DNA from: a virus
DNA length: 64,000 nucleotides
Virus record (IMG/VR): IMGVR_UViG_3300029267_001718
Location: 15,594 to 79,593 of that record
Direction: 5' to 3' (one strand)
Within the stretch, counting starts at the first letter, position 1. The number at the start of each line of letters is the position of its first letter. Of this stretch, positions 57,814 to 64,000 are shown piece after piece. The notes below the pieces were generated by a model, which saw only the letters and a program-made list of their open reading frames with translations, made no database searches and was not told the origin of the DNA. The position numbers were made by a program, and so were the translations under genes.

Positions 57814-58011
57814 ATGGCAAGCTACGAGACTTGGGACGACGACGAACTTGTTGAAGAACTAGTCGATATCGACCAATCGGACGACGCTGACTTCAGCACT
57901 TGGGAGAAAGACTTTGTGGAGGATGTCTGCTACGGTCGCGGACCCTTCCCAAAGGCTTTGTCGGAAAAGCAACGGGCAATCTGCATCGAAATCATTCGCA
58001 AGAATTCTTAA
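57814..58011 (+). CDS. Hypothetical protein
   Basis: WEKDFVEDV...LSEKQ motif. Confidence 0.5.
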   Translation: MASYETWDDDELVEELVDIDQSDDADFSTWEKDFVEDVCYGRGPFPKALSEKQRAICIEIIRKNS

Positions 58012-58026
58012 ACCCTACGGTGCAAA

Positions 58027-58764
58027 ATGCAAAAGTTCATTCTGAGTTCGGACAAACGAACGGGATCACACTACCTTCAAACGTCGCTGAATAGCGTCGA
58101 TGGAATAGCGTGCCGGGGCGAATCCTACGGATCGGGCAACAAACAGCAAAAGCGGATCTACGATGGATGGTTCGAAAAGATGTTTGACGCTCCGGAGTTT
58201 ACGAAGGCTTCGGGATTCGTCCTGCAATGCGGCGACGGCGGTCGCTTCGGCTATTTCGAGAACCTACGGTCGAGAATAAAAGCGGCCTACGGTCGGGTCA
58301 AAATCATACGCCTTTTTCGAGACGATCTTTTCGCACAATACGTCTCCAGAGAGTTAGCCTGGAAGCGTCGGCGATGGGTGCTCAACACTTGGCACGAGCC
58401 TTTGCCGCACGTCACAATTCGGATCGAAAAACAGCACATGTTAGACTACGTGCGTTTCCGATACGATATCTGGCAATGGAACCTACGGGAGTGGGAAGGG
58501 CACGAGGCGATCACTGTCAAATACGAGGACGCTCGGGATAACCTCCACGCTCAAATAAAGCGATGCAGCGATTTTCTCGGCGTCCCTCCTGGCGACCCTG
58601 TACCCACTACGCAGATTCAGAATCCAAGGGCTCTGGACGCTGTGGTGGTGAACTACGAGGAAGCCCTATCCTGGCTAGGATCTCGGCGGATCTTCTCTGA
58701 AAATGTTACCTTCGGCGAGCAAGCCCCTCCCCCTGTCCCTGCCTCCCCTACGGGCGAAAAATAG
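58027..58764 (+). CDS. Stf0-like sulfotransferase (paralog of 56211-56933)
   Basis: KRTGSHYL; R.DLFAQYVS; VKYED...FLGV; VVNY. Confidence 0.8.
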   Translation: MQKFILSSDKRTGSHYLQTSLNSVDGIACRGESYGSGNKQQKRIYDGWFEKMFDAPEFTKASGFVLQCGDGGRFGYFENLRSRIKAAYGRVKIIRLFRDDLFAQYVSRELAWKRRRWVLNTWHEPLPHVTIRIEKQHMLDYVRFRYDIWQWNLREWEGHEAITVKYEDARDNLHAQIKRCSDFLGVPPGDPVPTTQIQNPRALDAVVVNYEEALSWLGSRRIFSENVTFGEQAPPPVPASPTGEK

Positions 58765-59493
58765 GCACTCCCTTCCTTACGGGTAAAGCTGCAAAAAGTA
58801 CCCGGGGGGTGGGTGTGCCTACGGGCGGTCTTCGGCGACTCTGAAAAAGATGTCCCTGGGGACACTACGGGCGGAAAAGCATACCCCCTGCCTACGGTCG
58901 GGCGAATACACTGGTATTTGGCCTATACCCCTACCCCTACGCACGCGGGCGAACTCACTAGATTGAGAATACCCCTATACGGTGCGGCGAATGCTCATTT
59001 GGCCTATGATCCGGCGACGGCGAACCTCTTGATTATGGAATACTAGATATGGGAGATGTAAGGATGCATGGGGGCTGTTGCCTTGGGGATGTGTGGGGCT
59101 ATGGATGTGGGGAATTTACCTATGTGGTGCAGGATTTGACTACGCAGAGAAAGCCGGGGGAAGAAGCCTGGGCAGAACAGCACGGAGCCTAGCTATACCC
59201 CCCCTCATGGGAGCCTAGACCTAGACTTCGGCGAGGATCTGATACTGTTACTATGTACCTAATACATACCTCTCTTGGAGGCGTGGTAGGCTAGCAGAAG
59301 CAGAGACCAGCGAGACCCACCGAGTCCGGTGTCCTCCGGAGTCCAGCAAAACTACCAGCGTGTATATTTTTTCTGAAAATTTTTTCTATCGCCCCCCGCA
59401 TGACCCCAACGAACCAATGACCACGTAAGCCAACGAGTCGAACGAGTGCACCCGGGGACACTCACCACCCCCAACGCGGTCGCCTTTGGCGAT

Positions 59494-59611
59494 TTGACAC
59501 ATAAGCGGATGTGTGATAAGCTGACTCAGGTCTCAACGCTGATCGACTTCCACCGTCAGCGGTACTCTGGACACTTCCGGTCGCTCTCACCCGGGAGTGT
59601 CCTTTTCTTTT
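59494..59611 (+). ncRNA. Promoter + ~83-nt small RNA + terminator
   Basis: TTGACA-17 bp-(TGn)TAAGCT; hairpin CGCTGA/TCAGCG; terminator GGACACTTCCGG/CCGGGAGTGTCC + TTTTCTTTT; no ORF start inside. Confidence 0.6.
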
Positions 59612-59693
59612 GGGGACACGAGATCCCTGTCCCCCCAGTAAGCCCCGGGGTTTGAACGGGAAAATCCGTTTTCACCTTTTCGCTGCGGCTCAC

Positions 59694-59722
59694 TTGACTT
59701 CTTGGCCGATACCGGCTATATT
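59694..59722 (+). promoter_or_regulatory. Early promoter with operator box
   Basis: TTGACT-17 bp-TATATT; GCCGATACCGGC at 59705-59716. Confidence 0.85.
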
Positions 59723-59774
59723 CTCAACACAACGAAATTTGTACCACCACAAACTACGAAATGGAGGAAACAGG

Positions 59775-60140
59775 ATGTCACAAATTATCTCGCGTGTGCT
59801 GCGGTTGAAATCCGCCACATGGTTCTCGCGTGCTCCGAGTGGGGATCTCCACTTATGCGATGAAATCCTGCGGAAATTGTTCTGCATTCCCCGCACGTGT
59901 CGAAAGATCCGGCTGTCGCTGCACACTCGGCCTGATCCAGATCGGGTGCGGATGAAGGTTGGTCGACACGCAATTGGTCTCTATCTGGATCGATTCAAAT
60001 ACATAATTGCCGTGCACGTCGAAGACCGTCCCAAAAACGTGTGTCGGAGTGAAACGGCTATCTCTGTTTGGTGGTTGAGTGATCGGTTGGAACCGTTGTT
60101 CGGTCGTCCGCTCTACCTAGAATGCGAACTCTTGGACTAG
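59775..60140 (+). CDS. Hypothetical protein, paralog A1
   Basis: GGAGG RBS; LC...L..IP....KI.LSLHT.P.P.RVR...LYLEC. Confidence 0.6.
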   Translation: MSQIISRVLRLKSATWFSRAPSGDLHLCDEILRKLFCIPRTCRKIRLSLHTRPDPDRVRMKVGRHAIGLYLDRFKYIIAVHVEDRPKNVCRSETAISVWWLSDRLEPLFGRPLYLECELLD

Positions 60141-60148
60141 GAGGACCG

Positions 60149-60526
60149 ATGAAACTTATCGAACGCACATTTGAGCTCGTGCTGCGGTGGTCGTCTTGGT
60201 CGAATCGCAAGGAACATTACGATCTCTGCATTAGGCACGTTTGCGAACTCTGGGCGATCCCCTGGAAAACGGACAAGATCACGCTGTCGCTGCACACAAA
60301 CCCTGGACCGAACCGAGTTCGGGTATTCGTCACGCGTTGTGAGTTCAACCTTCCGGACAATCCGCACTTTGGTCTGCGGGTTTGCGAAGACGAACTCGCC
60401 GACATGGGGTATTCCGGTGACCATGCAGACGACTACGCGTATTTGACGCCCGCATGGTCTCCGCTCGGGAAGCTGTTGGAGAAACTCTATCCCTCGGCGG
60501 AACTCTACTTGGAGTGCCGATACTAG
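60149..60526 (+). CDS. Hypothetical protein, paralog A2
   Basis: AGGAGG RBS; same motifs as A1. Confidence 0.6.
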   Translation: MKLIERTFELVLRWSSWSNRKEHYDLCIRHVCELWAIPWKTDKITLSLHTNPGPNRVRVFVTRCEFNLPDNPHFGLRVCEDELADMGYSGDHADDYAYLTPAWSPLGKLLEKLYPSAELYLECRY

Positions 60527-60694
60527 TTATATTGGGCGGTCCTACCCATCCCGAATGTAAGTAATGGCTAGACGAACGAAAAAAGAAATGGCGAAACTCC
60601 GCGAACGTGCGTTGTCACTGTCGGAAGCGAATCCGACGTTGAGCATCGCTCGGATCGCGAAGCACTTCGGCGTGGCTCAAAAAACTGTGTCGAA

Positions 60695-61126
60695 ATGGTT
60701 CGACGAAGAAAACCGGAAAAGGTGGTCGACATGATTCCGTCAATCTCTGGAATGGAGCGGGAAGTCAAACGCTATCGCAAAATCGAAGCGGATCTTGCGA
60801 CAGTGAAATCGGCGGAAACGTTCATCCGCCAGAAAAAGGCTTCGACGGGTCAAACACCTGTGAACGTGTTGAGTCTGGAGTTACTGGGTTGTGCTAATTT
60901 CAGCGTGCGTGTCGGCGGGGTGAATGCTGCCGACATTTTGGGAGCACTGTTGAAAACGTTGAAATCTCGGAAGCGGGATTTGGAGGAAGAACTGGATTCG
61001 TTTGAAGTCTCGGATGATATTTGGTACGAACCTCCGAAAGCTGAAACTCCGTGGACGAAACACTACTGTCCCAAGTGTGGGATGGCAAAATTTTTAGGGT
61101 GTGATTGTGATGTCTCTACACGGTAA
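60695..61126 (+). CDS. Hypothetical Zn-binding protein, paralog B1
   Basis: YCPKCGMAKFLGCDC. Confidence 0.55.
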   Translation: MVRRRKPEKVVDMIPSISGMEREVKRYRKIEADLATVKSAETFIRQKKASTGQTPVNVLSLELLGCANFSVRVGGVNAADILGALLKTLKSRKRDLEEELDSFEVSDDIWYEPPKAETPWTKHYCPKCGMAKFLGCDCDVSTR

Positions 61127-61430
61127 AGCATTGGACGGCACAGCACGTTTGGACGTGCCCAGAATTGTGGTGCAGCTGCTCGGCGGACCTTGCCACAATT
61201 GTCCAGCGTCAATTGACGAGCCCGCACTGCGGGTCTTGTTTCACGGCGTTTTTTACGTGAGACGATTTCCCGGTCGACACTTCATGTTTCCCGAGGGATT
61301 GAACGCTACGCAACGGGGTGCGTTGGTCGCGGTTTATTATCACGACAGAAAAGTGTGGAAGAAAAAACATGGATCAAGCGGAAGCGACGGAAGCTGCGGC
61401 GAAACTGGAACGCTGGCACGAACTGAATGA
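61110..61430 (+). CDS. Hypothetical protein
   Basis: LLGGP motif; operonic position. Confidence 0.4.
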   Translation: MSLHGKALDGTARLDVPRIVVQLLGGPCHNCPASIDEPALRVLFHGVFYVRRFPGRHFMFPEGLNATQRGALVAVYYHDRKVWKKKHGSSGSDGSCGETGTLARTE

Positions 61431-62010
61431 CGACGCCAAGCAAATCCAAAAGTTGCTGGATTCTTTGGATCTCAGCGACTCGCGGAAGATCGATCACATG
61501 ACACTCTATGCGGTCGGCGGTGGTCAGGTGGAAGTTTCACAGCCTGCGATTGAAATCGCTCATGTGCTCGCGTGCGTGCATCGCGTAATGGGCGGGCGAC
61601 TGGAAGAAATGTATCGTGAGATGGATGAAATGCGACTCGTGCGTGTGGTGGAAACCGAGAAACGAATCAAAGTGCGTGTCGGCGTGAAGCAAATCGAACA
61701 AGTGCAGACGCACGTCCATCATTACTACGACGTGGATGGAAACGAAACGGACGAAGATGGCAACATATTAGACGATTACGGCAAGAAAGGATACGGTTAC
61801 TGCAAGCACTGTGGAGTTGCTGAATTCATTGGATGTATGTGTGCGGATCGTCCTCACGAAGTTCCTGTCGAGCGACTGGAGCGTGAATACAGTAAGGGTT
61901 GGATGGATGACGCGGATGACGATGACGCTGACGAATTCGACGCGGTTGAAGACGTGGCGGAGGAAGATCTGCACCCTGCGGAATTTGATGATGATGATAT
62001 CCCATTCTAA
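61369..62010 (+). CDS. Hypothetical Zn-binding protein, paralog B2, with SSB-like C-terminal tail
   Basis: YCKHCGVAEFIGCMC; ends EFDDDDIPF. Confidence 0.6.
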   Translation: MDQAEATEAAAKLERWHELNDDAKQIQKLLDSLDLSDSRKIDHMTLYAVGGGQVEVSQPAIEIAHVLACVHRVMGGRLEEMYREMDEMRLVRVVETEKRIKVRVGVKQIEQVQTHVHHYYDVDGNETDEDGNILDDYGKKGYGYCKHCGVAEFIGCMCADRPHEVPVERLEREYSKGWMDDADDDDADEFDAVEDVAEEDLHPAEFDDDDIPF

Positions 62011-62026
62011 CTGTAGGTGCGTGCTC

Positions 62027-62425
62027 ATGGGAAGTATGACTGTAATCTGCATCGGCGGACCTAAGCACGGCGAACTCTACACGATATCAGATTGGCCGGA
62101 TGGAGGAAGGCGTGACTCTTTTGAAGTGCACAAATTTGAGGGCGAATCTCGTGCGGTCGGCGAAGCGATGCCGACGCGGGAAACGTTCACGCGTTTTCGT
62201 TACGAAGTGCACGATGTTGTTGAGCGTGACGGATCGATCTCTTACTACGCGGCACCAGTGGGAATTACTCAACAACAATTGAAGTCCCTTCTGCGGATGA
62301 ACCAAATCGAAATTGCGGAGGCGAAACGACGGAAGAACGCGACGTTCGCGGCGACGTTTGGTGCTGCGGCGAAAGCGATGGCGAAATTCTCGAAAGCCGT
62401 TCAAAGATTAGGAGAAATGTTATGA
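62027..62425 (+). CDS. Hypothetical protein
   Basis: CIGGPKHG motif. Confidence 0.5.
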   Translation: MGSMTVICIGGPKHGELYTISDWPDGGRRDSFEVHKFEGESRAVGEAMPTRETFTRFRYEVHDVVERDGSISYYAAPVGITQQQLKSLLRMNQIEIAEAKRRKNATFAATFGAAAKAMAKFSKAVQRLGEML

Positions 62426-63387
62426 AGCTACAGCAATTCCTTTACCTGCTCGCCCGAGACCACGTGCCAACCGGAATGCTGTGGGCGATCTTGGAGGAAT
62501 GTGTCCCCGGGGACACAGTGAAAATCTACTCGGACGAGTGGCTTGAAAAATGGTCAGCCGAATTCGTGGAGCAACTTCGGGGCGTGCAAATCGATGACTT
62601 GGATTCGATCCCCGACGCGGTTTCGAAGGAAGATTGCGAAGCCTTGCCCGCTGCACTTCAATCCAGCGACCCACTGAATTTGATGAACGCTTTCTTCAAG
62701 TGCCCGCTGAACGTCAAACTCCCGGGCGAATACTGGAGAAAACGTTTCGCAGCCCTTTGCGAAATGAACGTCACGTCTCGGAAATCGATAGCGGATGAAG
62801 TGAATGCACTCCGGTCGCAAATCGCGAATCACATCCACCCGCGAAAACTCAAACACTCGGTTCGGTGTGCGGGATATCGCGGAGTGGATCAAATTTTCGA
62901 CGAAGACGCGTGCGACTGTCCCGCCAGCCTGGAGAAATCCTTCCCTTGGTGCGTGAAATGCGAAAGTTATCACCACGTGGACAATCCAAACTGTTCTGCG
63001 TTGCGACAATCAGTGGATGACGTGCACGACATGCACGATATGCTTGAGACTGCGTGGGGGATTATCGCGAACGCGTGGGGAGGCGACTGGACACAAGCGA
63101 ATCTCGACTGGCAACGGGCAGCAACTCGTTGGCGGGACCGATATCATCAGCGATTGTCGAAGTTGCACATGAGCGACATGGTTGAACCTGAGCCAGATCT
63201 TCCCTCTCTGGAAACGATGACGTGCATGACTCCGATTCTGAAGGATCTGGCAACCATTTCCAGGGAGGGGATGCCGGATGTCGCAAAACGAATCGAAGCG
63301 AACGTTGATACGCTTCTACAGCGTGCTGCAGCCCTGGAACGCGAACTCGAAAACGAAAGGAAATCTGATGCGGCGGAAGAAACTTGA
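62422..63387 (+). CDS. Hypothetical protein (mosaic-looking)
   Basis: AGGAG RBS; 321 aa; AWGIIANA..GDW...W..AA.RWRD segment. Confidence 0.55.
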   Translation: MKLQQFLYLLARDHVPTGMLWAILEECVPGDTVKIYSDEWLEKWSAEFVEQLRGVQIDDLDSIPDAVSKEDCEALPAALQSSDPLNLMNAFFKCPLNVKLPGEYWRKRFAALCEMNVTSRKSIADEVNALRSQIANHIHPRKLKHSVRCAGYRGVDQIFDEDACDCPASLEKSFPWCVKCESYHHVDNPNCSALRQSVDDVHDMHDMLETAWGIIANAWGGDWTQANLDWQRAATRWRDRYHQRLSKLHMSDMVEPEPDLPSLETMTCMTPILKDLATISREGMPDVAKRIEANVDTLLQRAAALERELENERKSDAAEET

Positions 63388-63706
63388 AACGCGTGTCGGA
63401 TTTGACAAGTCGACTTCTACGAAGGAACCGATCTGGAGTTTCACGGTTGGATCGGTCTTTATGTGGGCGGCGAAAATGTGGATCGTCACTGAGCGGGCGG
63501 GCGGATCGGCACGCGGGATCTGTCAGGCTCAGGGTTTGGACGGATCGACGAATCTGTTCCAATGGGACAGCTCGGCGGACTGCCCCCAAGTGGAGCCCGT
63601 GGATCACGAAACGTGGACGCGTGCGGAACAACAGCAGGACCGTCTACAAAACGTCTCGGTTGGGTTGAAAGGATCACTAAAACGGTTGCGACTTCGCAGC
63701 CTCTAA
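63368..63706 (+). CDS. Hypothetical protein
   Basis: Operonic position before csrA. Confidence 0.4.
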   Translation: MRRKKLETRVGFDKSTSTKEPIWSFTVGSVFMWAAKMWIVTERAGGSARGICQAQGLDGSTNLFQWDSSADCPQVEPVDHETWTRAEQQQDRLQNVSVGLKGSLKRLRLRSL

Positions 63707-63724
63707 TTTGATAGGAGATCGAAA

Positions 63725-63907
63725 ATGTTGGTACTCTCACGGAAGAAAAATCAAAAAGTCGTTATTGACAACGGGACGGTCGTTGTCACTGTGGTTGAAG
63801 TTCGCGGCGACAAAGTGCGTCTGGGGATCGACGCACCCCGGGGGATCGACGTGCATCGGGCGGAAGTTCAGGACGCGATTGATCGGGAAAAATCTGAATC
63901 TGTTTGA
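63725..63907 (+). CDS. csrA: Carbon storage regulator CsrA/RsmA-family RNA-binding protein
   Basis: MLVLSRK...VTVVEVRGDKVRLGIDAPRGIDVHRAEV; AGGAG RBS. Confidence 0.93.
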   Translation: MLVLSRKKNQKVVIDNGTVVVTVVEVRGDKVRLGIDAPRGIDVHRAEVQDAIDREKSESV

Positions 63908-63984
63908 CAATCTAACCGATACCGGCTATATTGAAACTGACGGGAAAACACCTAGTTGACAACACTGCCGAAACCGGCTAAGAT
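63904..63984 (+). promoter_or_regulatory. Two tandem promoters, each with an operator box
   Basis: TTGACA-17 bp-TATATT (ACCGATACCGGC) and TTGACA-17 bp-TAAGAT (GCCGAAACCGGC); AAGGAGG at the window end. Confidence 0.85.
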
Positions 63985-64000
63985 TGTCGGCGAAAGGAGG

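Larger units (their letters stand above)
2498..62516 (+). repeat. Dispersed 16-bp palindrome GTGTCCCCGGGGACAC family (11 copies)
   Basis: Starts at 2498, 13714, 26881, 29226, 41873, 45072, 50221, 57782, 58850, 59446, 62501. Confidence 0.9.

Noticed and set aside
58813-59046. 77-aa ORF in the repeat-rich region
   Set aside because: GTG start without a convincing RBS; sequence is explained by the CCTAC repeats
2498-62516. 16-bp palindromes as CRISPR repeats
   Set aside because: They are dispersed kilobases apart with no regular spacers and no cas operon

Overview
This window is a 64-kb slice of a tailed dsDNA phage genome with a siphovirus-like gene order; essentially all real genes are on the + strand. 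The CsrA sequence style hints at a Planctomycetota host (inference). Layout: (i) 1-26.9 kb morphogenesis: MuF/gp7 fused to an ADP-ribosyltransferase, HK97-type protease/scaffold, major capsid, three tandem lectin-like paralogs, neck, tail tube, chaperone, tape measure and tail-tip genes, with four glycosyltransferases interleaved; (ii) 26.9-38.4 kb replication/recombination: DnaC-like loader, DnaB, primase, SSB, PolA with a double zinc-ribbon insertion, SF2 helicase, RecA, resolvase, Cas4-like nuclease; (iii) 38.6-64 kb early/accessory region driven by repeated sigma70 promoters with a palindromic operator in the spacer, including MoxR+VWA, SWIM proteins, a second glycosyl/sulfo/methyl-transferase cluster with a RapZ-C protein, and CsrA. 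Terminase, portal, integrase and a clear endolysin are not seen in the window. The most unusual observations are a ~465-nt structured RNA locus (43876-44340), in which a tRNA-shaped scaffold carries two large insertions and one 31-nt segment can pair into the loop of an adjacent RNA; an 11-copy polar 16-bp palindrome; a putative virion glycan-building and sulfating pathway; and a PolA-UGA-pseudoknot-helicase in-frame junction. All protein calls come from motifs recognised by eye, not from database searches.
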